DNA of 64,000 nucleotides from Candidatus Poseidoniaceae archaeon (GCA_016777125.1 JADHSC010000004.1:16866-80865), one strand, 5' to 3'. Counted from the stretch's first letter, positions 37,420 through 48,077 are shown. The notes: generated from the sequence alone by a model not told the origin. Numbers and translations are program-made.

Positions 37420-38187
37420 ATGGCGCTCCCATTGACTGATGAATCCAGTCTTCGATGGGCCCTGATTTGTTTTGAATTCTTCATTGGAGGCGCACTGCTT
37501 TACAACAGTAAGAACCAACCCTTTCCACAACCGAGCTCCCGCTTTGGTTGGCTTTTGATAATGCTTGCTTTATTGATTTTAATCGGTCAAGCAGCACCGA
37601 AGCCGATGGGATCGAATGCTCACTTCGTGATGCTGTCCGCCCTTGGAGGGTTTGGTTTGGTGGCAGGCGTATACCATCTTGCTCGAACTCAACGAGATGT
37701 TCTGGTTGCCCCATATGCAGGGTTGTTATTCTGCGTAGGTGTCGTTGGCCTAATGGTGGAAACATGGAGTGATCTTTCCACCTTAGAGCAATGGGCTGCT
37801 TTCCTAACATTGGTTGTTATTGGGGGGGGTGAAACCTGGCTCATCTTCAGAGGACTCCTCATTGGAAAGCTACCTCTGGCATGGTCGCAGGCAGGTATGA
37901 TTGCTCTCATGCAGGGGAGAATAACTGGTCCACAAGGAGCCATTTCGTGTTTTGAACGAGGATGGGATGCAGATGAAGAACACCTAAACCCAATGGCCTA
38001 TCTTGCATTACACCGAATCCATCTTTTCCTAGGAAACAAATCTGAAGCATCTGAATGGGAGGAATTGCTCCTTCGAGAAGGTGGAGAGCGAGCTGTTGCA
38101 CGCCCATATGTCGAGGCCATCCATGATGCCCTCATCTCTCTAGATTCCGATGCAGCCACCATCCTGCCAACGATTGAGGAAGAATAA
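37420..38187 (+). CDS. Integral membrane protein (about 5 TM), hypothetical
   Basis: Hydrophobic helices across the N-terminal 150 aa. Contains an in-frame G8 homopolymer at 37822..37829. 255 aa. Confidence 0.4.
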   Translation: MALPLTDESSLRWALICFEFFIGGALLYNSKNQPFPQPSSRFGWLLIMLALLILIGQAAPKPMGSNAHFVMLSALGGFGLVAGVYHLARTQRDVLVAPYAGLLFCVGVVGLMVETWSDLSTLEQWAAFLTLVVIGGGETWLIFRGLLIGKLPLAWSQAGMIALMQGRITGPQGAISCFERGWDADEEHLNPMAYLALHRIHLFLGNKSEASEWEELLLREGGERAVARPYVEAIHDALISLDSDAATILPTIEEE

Positions 38188-38275
38188 GGCGGAAAAACAG
38201 GTTATACTTCTGTAATCAGGTAAATGTTAAGCATTAAACAGATACTTTTAATATCCCAGAGGTCAATAATATAAC

Positions 38276-38533
38276 ATGGGTAAAATAATCTCAGGTTCAA
38301 TCTTTTTCTGGATGGTCTCCATTTGGATTGCATCGAACTTGTTTTCACAAGCCGTTTACATGGGATTCAACGGCGTTCCTTACAGTGGTATAGAGATGAT
38401 TCAATCACTCGGACCATGGTACTACGTACTGGTTGTAATCGAGATCCTTGCATGGATTTATGTTGGTATTTACCTCTCAATCAAGGTTTTCCGCAACCTA
38501 CAGGTTAAGGCCACGCCTCAAACATCGTCTTGA
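38276..38533 (+). CDS. Small membrane protein (2 TM), hypothetical
   Basis: 85 aa with two hydrophobic helices. TATA-like CTTTTAATAT about 30 nt upstream. Confidence 0.3.
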   Translation: MGKIISGSIFFWMVSIWIASNLFSQAVYMGFNGVPYSGIEMIQSLGPWYYVLVVIEILAWIYVGIYLSIKVFRNLQVKATPQTSS

Positions 38534-38596
38534 AACAACCTTCTTGCATCTCAAACATCCGATGAGATTAAGAGGTGCCAATAAAAACATGACCAC

Positions 38597-39079
38597 ATGT
38601 TCAATCTTGACCGTGAACCTCTCTTTTCAGGTCAACCTATGTCATATGAGGATCTTCTCGAAGAAGAATTGCAACTCGAAGGGCTTGAAAATATGCATAT
38701 TCTAACGGTTGAAGAAGTTCGAGAAGGTCTCTCAAGAGTTGAACGAGAACTTGCAACCCTCCAATCCCTTGTTGACGAAGCGCATGATATGACCGAGGAA
38801 ATCGAAATTCTTCTCGAGAGGTATCCGCCAGAGCATCCATATGTTGTTGAAATGGCTGAATTGCTAGGGAGTCTTGTCGCCCTATGGCAACAAACTGTTG
38901 CCAAGATTGAGCGACTGGGGGCTCGTGTTGCAGGTTTAGATCCTGGCCGAATTGAATGGTATGGTGTCATTGACAACAAGGTCATGATGTACTCGTGGGC
39001 AATGGGAGAGCCTGATATTGAATGGTATTACGGCATAGATGAAGGGTATTCTTCCCGAAAACCCCTCATAGAAGCATAG
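38597..39079 (+). CDS. Acidic hypothetical protein
   Basis: 160 aa ORF with an ATG start. Helical acidic N-half and aromatic-rich C-half (GRIEWYGVIDNKVMMYSWAMGEPDIEWYYGIDEGY). No assignable motif. Confidence 0.35.
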   Translation: MFNLDREPLFSGQPMSYEDLLEEELQLEGLENMHILTVEEVREGLSRVERELATLQSLVDEAHDMTEEIEILLERYPPEHPYVVEMAELLGSLVALWQQTVAKIERLGARVAGLDPGRIEWYGVIDNKVMMYSWAMGEPDIEWYYGIDEGYSSRKPLIEA

Positions 39080-39104
39080 TTTCGCATGGTTTAGAGGCGT
39101 AACA

Positions 39105-39803
39105 ATGGTTCGGATTGATCGAGTTCATACAGGTGGCGGGGATTCTGGAGAATCATCCTTGGTTGATGGGTCACGTCGTTCCAAATCCGATGCACGATTT
39201 TCAGTTGTTGGAGATTGTGACGAATTGAATTCCCTCCTTGGTGTTGCAAGAATGGAATGTGCTCGTGTTCCAATGCGGCATAGAGATGGGGGTGACAGAA
39301 AGGGGGCTGGGCGTGTCCATTTCATTTGCGATTCTGCACTTTCGAGAGTTCAACATGAACTCTTTGATCTAGGGGCTGAACTCGCCTGTCCTCCAGAAAA
39401 CCTTCCAGATTTCATGGTTCTCATCAATGATGATCAGTCGAATGTTTTGGTATCGGATATGGATGCGTGGCTAAGTCAGACAGAACCGCTCACTTCATTC
39501 ATCTTACCAGCAGGTGGGCCTCCACAAGCAATGCTCCATCACGCCCGGACAGTAACTCGGCGGCTTGAAAGAAATATTGTTCGCTTAAGAGATATCGAAG
39601 GCGAAGATTCAGTGCGGCCCCTTGTCTTGACCTATGTCAATCGACTTTCAGATTGGCTCTTCGTGCTAAGTCGCTGGATTACAGCAGTCCTAGGCGAAGA
39701 GGAGATGTTGTGGCTTCCTCTCGGAAAACGAGGGAAAGAAGACGGGATTGCTGGATCAATTCATAGACAGAAGGAGAATGATTCAGATTTTGATCAAATC
39801 TGA
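39105..39803 (+). CDS. PduO-type ATP:cob(I)alamin adenosyltransferase
   Basis: N-terminus RIDRVHTGGGDSGESSLVDGSRRSKSDARFSVVGDCDELNSLLGVA matches the PduO/MMAB signature (iYTrtGDkGeTsL...rv.K.d.r.eayG.vDELns.iG). 232 aa. Confidence 0.75.
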   Translation: MVRIDRVHTGGGDSGESSLVDGSRRSKSDARFSVVGDCDELNSLLGVARMECARVPMRHRDGGDRKGAGRVHFICDSALSRVQHELFDLGAELACPPENLPDFMVLINDDQSNVLVSDMDAWLSQTEPLTSFILPAGGPPQAMLHHARTVTRRLERNIVRLRDIEGEDSVRPLVLTYVNRLSDWLFVLSRWITAVLGEEEMLWLPLGKRGKEDGIAGSIHRQKENDSDFDQI

Positions 39804-40205
39804 TTATTGCTTTTTCATATGTTCCCAAGCTTTGCGAACTACAGATGTTGTTTCATCATGCGTTAGTTGTGCAAGAGCCTGTTCCCAATCTAACCATAAA
39901 TGACCGCGATGTTCGTGGGAAATTTTCACGTCGAGTTGTTCTGTTTCGGCTAAAAACCAGAAGACTTCCTTATGCATTCGTTTTCCCTTGTGCCTGTAGG
40001 TATAGGCAGTTCGTTCTACAAAGTTTTCAATGAATGTAATTTCAGTAATACCCGTTTCCTCGCCTAATTCTCGTCGAACTGTCGCAAGGTGGTCGTTATC
40101 TGTCACCTCAACATGTCCTTTAGGCAAATCCCAATGCCCTTGAGGATATTGTAGGAGGAGAACCGCATCAAAGTTGACAAGAACTACGCCGCATGAAGTC
40201 TCCAT
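39804..40205 (-). CDS. Nudix hydrolase
   Basis: Nudix box GHVEVTDNDHLATVRRELGEETGI (Gx5Ex7REUxEExGU). 133 aa. Confidence 0.75.
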   Translation of the reverse strand: METSCGVVLVNFDAVLLLQYPQGHWDLPKGHVEVTDNDHLATVRRELGEETGITEITFIENFVERTAYTYRHKGKRMHKEVFWFLAETEQLDVKISHEHRGHLWLDWEQALAQLTHDETTSVVRKAWEHMKKQ

Positions 40206-40288
40206 ATCTTCTCCCTCGAATCAAATGCTTTGGCCTTTTCGCCATTAAACTCCAATACGTTCAAGACCCGCGCACAGAAGGAATTAGT

Positions 40289-41269
40289 ATGACTGGTGTC
40301 GATGAGTTCCCTGAAATCAATCGAATTGTGGCGGATTCTGATTTGGATGGGATGTGTGCGGCAGCGGTTCTTCTCAAAGCATATCCAGAGGCAGAAGTCG
40401 TTTTCGGACATGCAGCAATTCTTCGAGCGGGGATGCTGGACGATGTTATTGATTCAAAGACCGTGACAGTGGATTTACCATTTCACCCAGCAAGTGGGTG
40501 GTATCTCGATCACCATTTAACAAACAAACCAAACGAGGTTGAAGAAAAAGAATTCACGCAACGAGGAGGGGTTGTTCATTGGGAGCATACGCCTTCAGCC
40601 GCCCGATTGGCTTATGAATTGTTTAAACATCAATTTGACCTCACGCATCTTGAAGAAATTATGCCGATGGTCGATGCCTTGGATTCCGGTGGCATATCTC
40701 GAGAGGATTTTCTCCAAGACGGGCCAATTTTACAACTCTCCCGCACCTTGTCTTCGAATGATGATGTCTACATGCAGCACCTCTTACGCTTGTTTACAAC
40801 ATGTACTGAATTAGCAGACATCACAGGCGATGGACTCGTTTCTGAACGAATGAATATAGCACAAGTACAACGTATTGATGCTGTTCAAATCGTTCAGGAA
40901 AAAACAGAAATCGTCGATAGGTTAGCGATATGCCGTCTTGATGACTCAGGAATACGCTCAAATGGATATCTCATCACTGCCCACGTCGGCGATAAGGCAG
41001 ATGCTTGCTGTGTTGTGCATGGCTACAGCGATGGAGATTTGTCCACGCCAAACCGCCCCCCGCTTTCGGCGAGCTTCTATGCAAATTCGTTCATTAAGGA
41101 TGGACAAAATCGATACGATTTATCAAAACTTGCAACAGCATTTGATCCACATGGTGGCGGGCATGCGAACGCTTGCGGTTGTCGAATTCAACCACCAGGA
41201 CTTGATTCCAATCTCAATGATTGGATTCAAATGTGGAATGACCGTGAGAATACACTTCGAATCAAGTGA
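40289..41269 (+). CDS. DHH-family phosphoesterase (NrnA-like) with a C-terminal DHHA1 domain
   Basis: Motifs ADSDLDGMCAAAVL (motif I/II), GWYLDHHLT (DHH motif) and C-terminal GGGHANACG (DHHA1 GGGH). Start placed at ATG 40289; the track start at 40193 would overlap the divergent Nudix gene. Confidence 0.7.
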   Translation: MTGVDEFPEINRIVADSDLDGMCAAAVLLKAYPEAEVVFGHAAILRAGMLDDVIDSKTVTVDLPFHPASGWYLDHHLTNKPNEVEEKEFTQRGGVVHWEHTPSAARLAYELFKHQFDLTHLEEIMPMVDALDSGGISREDFLQDGPILQLSRTLSSNDDVYMQHLLRLFTTCTELADITGDGLVSERMNIAQVQRIDAVQIVQEKTEIVDRLAICRLDDSGIRSNGYLITAHVGDKADACCVVHGYSDGDLSTPNRPPLSASFYANSFIKDGQNRYDLSKLATAFDPHGGGHANACGCRIQPPGLDSNLNDWIQMWNDRENTLRIK

Positions 41270-41271
41270 AT

Positions 41272-41754
41272 TCAAACAACTTGGAAGGTGTAGATGAATC
41301 CAAGGAATGAATGGAACATGATCAATATCATGACCAAATCTGCAGCCCTTCCATGTTTCATCCTTTGAGTAGAAAACTTCTCACCTTGTTCTTTGCTTGA
41401 AACGGTATCTCTTCCATAACGTACTACGAGCCAGAGAAGAATCAAGCCGATCGGGCCAGTATATCCGTGAACACTTTGTGGAAGTAGATCTGAGGTGACG
41501 TCTCCTTCTTCGATGTACCCTGAGGCCGCTCGAGCGAGAAATGCGATGGCTGCTAAGGCGATTCCAGCCCATAGGATATATTCGCCATGTTTTTGGTGAC
41601 GTTTGAGAGATGCTTTCCGCTCTTCTCCACGCAGAGCCATCCCACGTTTTCTCCACCCGTATTGTCGAACCAGCCAGGTGACTAAGATGACTGCAAGAAG
41701 AGGGTGAATCAACATGATGACGGTTCTCAGAACAGACATTCTCTTCCTCCTCAT
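41272..41754 (-). CDS. Membrane protein (4 TM), hypothetical
   Basis: 160 aa with four hydrophobic helices and basic loops. Confidence 0.4.
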   Translation of the reverse strand: MRRKRMSVLRTVIMLIHPLLAVILVTWLVRQYGWRKRGMALRGEERKASLKRHQKHGEYILWAGIALAAIAFLARAASGYIEEGDVTSDLLPQSVHGYTGPIGLILLWLVVRYGRDTVSSKEQGEKFSTQRMKHGRAADLVMILIMFHSFLGFIYTFQVV

Positions 41755-41859
41755 TACACCCCATGAGATGCTATCTTGAATCAGTTTCTCTTCGATTTAT
41801 CGATATGATGCCGTCGGTGAGTTGAAAGTCTCTATCCCAAGCGATAGGTTGGGGGCGCA

Positions 41860-44800
41860 ATGCAGGAAACATATCTCGCGGCTTGTCTTGAAGCAGGATT
41901 CAAGACAATTAAGTCGCGACGCCTCAGTACTGTGGGAAAATGCCCAGAGTTTACACTTCTCGAAAAACCTTGGAAAGATTTGGTTAAATTAGCAGTTCTG
42001 GAGACGGAACTTCCCGGCCAGGATGAAGAAGGCGAGACCATTTCGACCTCTCCAAGATTCAGGCGAGGGCGCCGCAGAGGTAAACAACAAGTAACGATTG
42101 CTACTCCAGAAGATGTCGCTGCAATGGATTCTGAATCTTCAGCTCTTCGCTTCGCTCTGATCTTGGTAAACAAACTCCTTCACGTGGATCAATGGTCAGA
42201 AGAGGATAGCGGCGACTTAGAAAAAGAGTTGAGAAACACGTGTCTCGAAAAAGGCGTACATCCAGTATGGCACGAAATGGCAAAACGATGTGATTTGTTT
42301 GGTCAATTCTCAGCATGTCCAATCGTCGAGGTTGAATCTGATGTTAAGGGGGGAATAGAATTGTCTGCCGCTTCAATCAATCCATACAGTATTTCCTCTT
42401 GTCTTAGCGTTTTCAAATCTGTATCTGAATCAAGCTTTTCTGCTGAAGAATTGGTCGCTATGAAGCGCCTCATCAAACGCCTTTCCTCTGGCCGATGGCC
42501 CAAAGTTGATCAAATCCTCTTGGAACTCGAAGATGACCTTTCTCTCATTTCTCTTCTCATTGCAATGAACACGAACGAAAACATCGATTCAATTTTCGAG
42601 AGAACTCATGGCATTAAGAGCATTCAAACTGACCGCTATCAACTTCTTTATGGATTGACAAATAGTACAATACAGTGGGATGACGAACTTCTAAAGCAAG
42701 ACGATGATGAATTGGGGATTGCGATATTAGAAGCGGCCTGGAGAAACGGACCAATCGATGAAATGAACCCCTCAACTGAACAACTTGAATCTGGTCTTTC
42801 GATTCTTCTTGAACAACAAGCCTCGACCCAGCGCGTAGGCGCAGTTCGATGGAAGATGTTGCAATCTTACGTATCATCGGATCGAAAAGAAGATGCCTTA
42901 GCAGTTATTCAAACCATCAATCTGGAGCATGAATCCGATGCTTCAGAATTACTTCCTCTCTTAGTAGAACTTGACAACGTCGATGCATATGACTGGCTGG
43001 CTAAGAATATTGAGAACATCGATGAAGGCGGGCTCATCTCAATAGGAAGGGAAGAGAAAATCCCTCTTGAATTGCGATCGAAAGCTCTTGTTCTTCTCAA
43101 GCAAATGGATGGGGAAGGGTGGCAAGAATCACAGGCCATTTCGGTTCACGTGTTCCTTCAGGCAATGGATTTGAGCAACCTTTCCGAGATGCTTCTCGGA
43201 GACCCATTGGCAATCCTTTCACATCCATACGAAACACTTCTTGTTGCTCATCTGCTTTCCGCAGCCCACCCTGAAGAAGTTTGGAAACAGGCAAGAGGTG
43301 CAAGAAAAGAGGCCTTGCAAAATATTCACAGTTCAGAATTACCTGAACAAATGAAGGAAGATGAGCATAAGCTTCTGCTTCTCCTTGAAGGCCGAATTGA
43401 CAAATCGGTAAGTGATGTTGAATTGGGAATGTCCCTTGGTAAGAACGGCCTCAAGGCAATGAATCAAATTGTCAAAGCGCTTTCATCAGGAGGTTCACAC
43501 CTCGTCGATGAAACACAACTGAGTAATCTGGCAGAAGCTCTTGTTGATGCAGAAACTACGCCACTAGCAAAAGCGCTTCTCTCAACAATCATTTCCAAAC
43601 TCCGATTGAACAATGCTCGACTTGCATTGGAAAATGGAGAAGATATGGCTGCAGTAATCTCGCTGTTAGAAACCGTTCTACAGCAGCATGATGCCCCATT
43701 CACAATTATTGATGGAGTTCGTCAATTGATGTATGAGTTTGATCTTGGTATTGAAGGCCTGGTCCAATGGTATCAAAGTGCACATCAACGCTCTATCTGG
43801 TCACTTCTCTCCCAAGCAACGCTTCAAGCATCACGAGGAAGGAATTTGAGTGCTGCTCGACTTTTCAAGCGAGCTGCAGATTCGAAGAGATTCGACTACG
43901 ATGAAGAGATTATGTTGTATAGGAAGGCATTGATTCATCTAGCCTTCGATAGAAAATGGGGTGAAGCAAAGCAACTTCTATCCGATCATCCAAACTTAAG
44001 GGCCGCTATTACAAAGCGATTCCAACTCTATCTTGACGTATCACACCAGGCTTCGATTCAAGAAACTGAAAAAGCAACATCAATGCTCAAGAATTTCGTT
44101 AAGACAACTGAAACGACAACGGAAGAAACAGAAGAAGGAACTCGCACCCGTAACCGTACAATATTCAAAGAAGATGAACTCGATCTACTTCATTCCTATC
44201 CTGATGAGCACCCTAAACCCCTTCCTAGTGAGCCGTTTACTGGAAGAATTCTTGCAGCAACAAATGCACTTCAAAGAAGTCGAAGAACCCAGAGTTCGAA
44301 GTCATTTGATCGACGGTATCGTGACATTATGCAAATGCGTTCTCCAGATCCGATGGAAATTCATACATTGGCGGATCAAGCAAGTGAATCTTCTCCGTTA
44401 GATGCTCTGCGTATCTTAGAACGTGCCCAATTATCAGGACGCTTCCCAAAGAAGAACAACTCTTTTGCTAATCTCGAATTGATGCTCTTCAGAAGACATC
44501 AAGCGAGCATCAAAACTTCTGACCGCCGTTACTTGCGTAACTTGCCTCTCAAACCCCTTGTTTTAGTTGATACAAACATTGTCATCGATGCACTGTACCA
44601 ACGGATACAAGAAAAACTGAATCGTTCAAATCATTTCGAGGACTCAACAAACCAACGTTCACACTTTGCTCGTTATCTCCTTCACTTAGCACAAAATGAA
44701 CGAGTAGATTTGTGGTTACCTGACGTTGTTCGCGGAGAGATTCGAAACATCGCTCGTTCTATGGGAGATGTCAGGAAACGTTTCGATAATTCCTTCATTG

Positions 44801-45240
44801 AATCTGAAACATTAGATTCAACTCTTACCTCAGAGATCATTGAAAAGATGGTTGAAGACTTGATTGAAGAATTTTCAACATGGAACGGTTCAGATGAAGA
44901 TTTCGAAACAGATTCCAGTGATGATGAATTGAGCAAAGATATGGTTACTTTCTTTATTGAGCATGAAGAGATCTATGATGAACTTACAAAGATGAAAGAG
45001 TTCTATGGGGAAACCCATAGAACTGATCTGAAAGGGAGAAAAATCTACCCAGAACAACCAGATCGAATGATTATGCAATATGCAGCAGTCCTTTCAGGAC
45101 GCCCAATCGACAATGTAGGGGCAATCATCGTTGCAACTCATGATGGGGACTTCACAGTCGTCGCAAGAGCATTCGAAGAACGATTTGGCTTTGGAATTGC
45201 AAAGAACAGCCGTACGCTGTCACCTTGGCTTCGATTGTGA
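41860..45240 (+). CDS. Large (1126 aa) all-alpha protein with a C-terminal PIN-domain nuclease module
   Basis: C-terminal ~240 aa carry PIN signatures: LVLVDTNIVIDAL (beta1 Asp), DLWLPDVVRGEIRNI (conserved Glu) and GAIIVATHDGDFTV (terminal Asp pair). They are interrupted by an acidic insertion. The N-terminal ~880 aa are helical, have no Cys cluster, and include a basic patch RFRRGRRRGKQQ. Confidence 0.5.
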   Translation: MQETYLAACLEAGFKTIKSRRLSTVGKCPEFTLLEKPWKDLVKLAVLETELPGQDEEGETISTSPRFRRGRRRGKQQVTIATPEDVAAMDSESSALRFALILVNKLLHVDQWSEEDSGDLEKELRNTCLEKGVHPVWHEMAKRCDLFGQFSACPIVEVESDVKGGIELSAASINPYSISSCLSVFKSVSESSFSAEELVAMKRLIKRLSSGRWPKVDQILLELEDDLSLISLLIAMNTNENIDSIFERTHGIKSIQTDRYQLLYGLTNSTIQWDDELLKQDDDELGIAILEAAWRNGPIDEMNPSTEQLESGLSILLEQQASTQRVGAVRWKMLQSYVSSDRKEDALAVIQTINLEHESDASELLPLLVELDNVDAYDWLAKNIENIDEGGLISIGREEKIPLELRSKALVLLKQMDGEGWQESQAISVHVFLQAMDLSNLSEMLLGDPLAILSHPYETLLVAHLLSAAHPEEVWKQARGARKEALQNIHSSELPEQMKEDEHKLLLLLEGRIDKSVSDVELGMSLGKNGLKAMNQIVKALSSGGSHLVDETQLSNLAEALVDAETTPLAKALLSTIISKLRLNNARLALENGEDMAAVISLLETVLQQHDAPFTIIDGVRQLMYEFDLGIEGLVQWYQSAHQRSIWSLLSQATLQASRGRNLSAARLFKRAADSKRFDYDEEIMLYRKALIHLAFDRKWGEAKQLLSDHPNLRAAITKRFQLYLDVSHQASIQETEKATSMLKNFVKTTETTTEETEEGTRTRNRTIFKEDELDLLHSYPDEHPKPLPSEPFTGRILAATNALQRSRRTQSSKSFDRRYRDIMQMRSPDPMEIHTLADQASESSPLDALRILERAQLSGRFPKKNNSFANLELMLFRRHQASIKTSDRRYLRNLPLKPLVLVDTNIVIDALYQRIQEKLNRSNHFEDSTNQRSHFARYLLHLAQNERVDLWLPDVVRGEIRNIARSMGDVRKRFDNSFIESETLDSTLTSEIIEKMVEDLIEEFSTWNGSDEDFETDSSDDELSKDMVTFFIEHEEIYDELTKMKEFYGETHRTDLKGRKIYPEQPDRMIMQYAAVLSGRPIDNVGAIIVATHDGDFTVVARAFEERFGFGIAKNSRTLSPWLRL

Positions 45241-45242
45241 GA

Positions 45243-45911
45243 TTATTCGTTTTTCCAAACGGCTCTGTATCGAATAGTTTCCTCACCTTCAAACTGAACA
45301 GGTGTAAAATCGATTGATTTCAAATCGTTTCCAATCGAAGAAATAAATTTCTCTGATAGAGGCCAAGGAGGCCCCTCTTGTTGAACTGAATCGTCAATAG
45401 ACAGACGGCCAATGCAAACAAGTTGTCCAGATGGTGAAACAAGAGGAGAAAGATTTCTTGATGCGGGTATTCTAAACTCTTCAGGTATTGCTTGAAGAAT
45501 GTGTACTTCAAGAACAAAATCAAATGCTTTTTCCCATTCATTATTTGGTTGTAAAAGGTCCCCTACTACCCAATTAATATGTTCATGAGGATAACGCTTT
45601 GAAGCCCATTGAACAGCAGTAGGGGCAATATCGAATGCTGTTACTTTCCATCCTAGTTCGGCTAAATACATCGCATCCTCACCAAGACCACAGCCAACCA
45701 CAAGGGCTGTTCCAGGCGATAGATCCGTATTTTCCATCCAATCTACGAGCATTGGATGAGGTTCACCTTTTGACCAAGGAATCCATAATGGATTGCTATC
45801 TGCATGTTCATACAATCGTTCAAACCAATCAAGGTATTTCCCTTCAGTGGCAGCCGCATCTGAAAAGGAACGTAGTCTTCTACGAACTTCATCCATGTGA
45901 TTCAACTTCAC
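45243..45911 (-). CDS. SAM-dependent methyltransferase, thiopurine-S-methyltransferase-like
   Basis: Motif [38 protein letters not shown] matches the TPMT-type motif I/II arrangement. 222 aa. Confidence 0.55.
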   Translation of the reverse strand: MKLNHMDEVRRRLRSFSDAAATEGKYLDWFERLYEHADSNPLWIPWSKGEPHPMLVDWMENTDLSPGTALVVGCGLGEDAMYLAELGWKVTAFDIAPTAVQWASKRYPHEHINWVVGDLLQPNNEWEKAFDFVLEVHILQAIPEEFRIPASRNLSPLVSPSGQLVCIGRLSIDDSVQQEGPPWPLSEKFISSIGNDLKSIDFTPVQFEGEETIRYRAVWKNE

Positions 45912-47227
45912 ATATGTGTGATGAGAGCATCACCAAACGCTGAACAAGACATGAGTGTTGCATCATCCATGAGTCGTTCAAAGTCGTAAGTTACTGTCTT
46001 TGCGCTAATTGCTCCTTCCATCCCCTTGACAATAAGATCAGCAGCCTCTGCCCATCCCATATGGCGCAGCATCATTTCTGCTGAAAGGATAAGAGATCCG
46101 GGGTTGACTTTGTTTTGTCCAGCATATTTAGGAGCAGTGCCGTGGGTTGCTTCAAAGATAGAGATTCCAGTATCGTAGTTGATGTTTGCACCAGGAGCGA
46201 TTCCAATTCCTCCGACTTGAGCAGCCAAAGCGTCTGAGATGTAATCTCCATTGAGGTTCATCGTTGCAAGAACACCATATTCAGCAGGTCGTGTGATGAT
46301 TTGTTGGAGCATTGCATCAGCAATAACATCCTTGATTGTGATGACGTTTCCTGTTACTGGATTGGTCATAGAGCACCATGGACCTCCATCGAGTTCTACT
46401 GCTCCGAATTCTTCCTTTGCAAGTTGGTATCCCCAGTCTCTGAAACCACCTTCCGTGAATTTCATGATGTTCCCCTTGTGAACGAGTGTGACACTGTCTT
46501 TGTCGTTGTCTATTGCGTATTGGTAAGCAGCTCGAACGATACGATAGGTTCCTTCTTGACTGATCGGCTTAATGCCAATTCCTGAGGTGTTTGGGAATCG
46601 GATTTTATCGACACCCATCTCGTTTGTGAGGAAGTCAATCAGTTTCTTGACTCCTTCTGAGCCAGCTTCCCATTCGATTCCAGCATAGACGTCTTCGCTG
46701 TTTTCGCGGAAGATGATCATATCTACGTCACCAGGAGATTTCACAGGTGATGGTGTTCCGTCATACCAGCGAACTGGTCGTACGCAAGCAAAGAGATCGA
46801 GTTTTTGTCGTAGAGCAACATTGAGTGAACGAATACCGCCGCCAACAGGTGTTGTAAGAGGTCCTTTTATCGAAACTAAACCAGTTCGCATAGCATCAAG
46901 AGTTGCTTCAGGCAACCATTCACCAGTTGCATTGAATGCCTTTTCACCAGCTAGAACCTCATTCCATGCAATGGCACGGGCGCCATTGTATGCTTTGCTG
47001 ATCGAAGCATCGACAACAGCTTTCATGACAGGTGTAATATCAACGCCGATTCCGTCTCCTTCGATGTAGTGAATAATTGGGTGGTCTGGGATGTGTAGTT
47101 TACCATCTTTCATGACAATAGGTGTTCCTCTCATAGTTCTCATAACGTCCCACCAATAACCACTTGAAGAACCAACCGACGCGGTAGTTTCTATGAGAGG
47201 AAGCATATATTGGGCCGGAGGCACCAA
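45908..47227 (-). CDS. icd: NADP-dependent isocitrate dehydrogenase
   Basis: Motifs [34 protein letters not shown] and GSAPKYAG-like [18 protein letters not shown]. 439 aa. Confidence 0.9.
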   Translation of the reverse strand: MVPPAQYMLPLIETTASVGSSSGYWWDVMRTMRGTPIVMKDGKLHIPDHPIIHYIEGDGIGVDITPVMKAVVDASISKAYNGARAIAWNEVLAGEKAFNATGEWLPEATLDAMRTGLVSIKGPLTTPVGGGIRSLNVALRQKLDLFACVRPVRWYDGTPSPVKSPGDVDMIIFRENSEDVYAGIEWEAGSEGVKKLIDFLTNEMGVDKIRFPNTSGIGIKPISQEGTYRIVRAAYQYAIDNDKDSVTLVHKGNIMKFTEGGFRDWGYQLAKEEFGAVELDGGPWCSMTNPVTGNVITIKDVIADAMLQQIITRPAEYGVLATMNLNGDYISDALAAQVGGIGIAPGANINYDTGISIFEATHGTAPKYAGQNKVNPGSLILSAEMMLRHMGWAEAADLIVKGMEGAISAKTVTYDFERLMDDATLMSCSAFGDALITHM

Positions 47228-47573
47228 ATTAAGGTGTGAAAATCAACACAAACAAAGCATAGACGTGGATTGGGAAGATGGGCCAAATCCAGTACAGATC
47301 CTTCTACAAATGGTGGCAGCATGCTCAATCGTTGATGTTATAACCGGTCTGAAAAATCGTGAGTTCGGGAACGTTTGGATCGATATGGATTCAGAACGAC
47401 GGGAGGAACAACCACGTTCATTCACAAAGATGCATTTTGTATACAATGTGGAGGGCGATGTTCCTGAAAAACTCGTACGAAGAACAATCGAAAAATCTCA
47501 TGAAAAGTACTGCTCTGTGTCGAATACTATCAACGACAAGGTTGACATCACTTGGGATTTGATTCTTCACTGA
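47193..47573 (+). CDS. OsmC/Ohr-family peroxiredoxin-like protein
   Basis: Motif [21 protein letters not shown] matches the OsmC consensus GPNPxELLLaAlaaC (conserved Cys). 126 aa. Its 5' end overlaps the icd start on the opposite strand by ~35 nt, so the start is uncertain. Confidence 0.55.
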   Translation: MRGSIYWAGGTKLRCENQHKQSIDVDWEDGPNPVQILLQMVAACSIVDVITGLKNREFGNVWIDMDSERREEQPRSFTKMHFVYNVEGDVPEKLVRRTIEKSHEKYCSVSNTINDKVDITWDLILH

Positions 47574-48077
47574 TCAGGCAATTTGTACGGTTGCCTTCAG
47601 AGAATCGACTGCGCTACTAAGTGCTTGATGAAGCATTTTGTAGAGTGGAAGCCACTGTTTTGGGACCTTCTCTTCTTCTTCAACAAGATTCAATGATCCA
47701 TTTTCTTGACGGACTCTTACACACGGGCGGATTTTTTTCTCATCTTGCAGTTCAACGAGTAGAGACAATCTGAATTCATCTTCTTGAGAAGTGACTCGAG
47801 CGGAGTTGATATCAACATCATTGGCCACATCAGGAAGAATCTGTGTTGGGTCGTCTGAGCTCTTCACGATTGCATGATGTGCTAGAACTTGTAATAGATC
47901 AGCAATTACATCCGTATCGAATGCTATTGTTTCGTTTACTTCATCTTCTCCAAGCAAGATTTGCTCAAGTGGGTTTCTTTCTGGTTGAGAGAAAGAGTTG
48001 CTTGAAGATAGTTCTTCAAAGATATTGATGTCATCTGCATCGAAGTCTGGCGTGATTGAGTCTGAATTGAAATCCAT
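47574..48077 (-). CDS. Acidic hypothetical protein
   Basis: 167 aa D/E-rich ORF with no motif recognised. Confidence 0.3.
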   Translation of the reverse strand: MDFNSDSITPDFDADDINIFEELSSSNSFSQPERNPLEQILLGEDEVNETIAFDTDVIADLLQVLAHHAIVKSSDDPTQILPDVANDVDINSARVTSQEDEFRLSLLVELQDEKKIRPCVRVRQENGSLNLVEEEEKVPKQWLPLYKMLHQALSSAVDSLKATVQIA

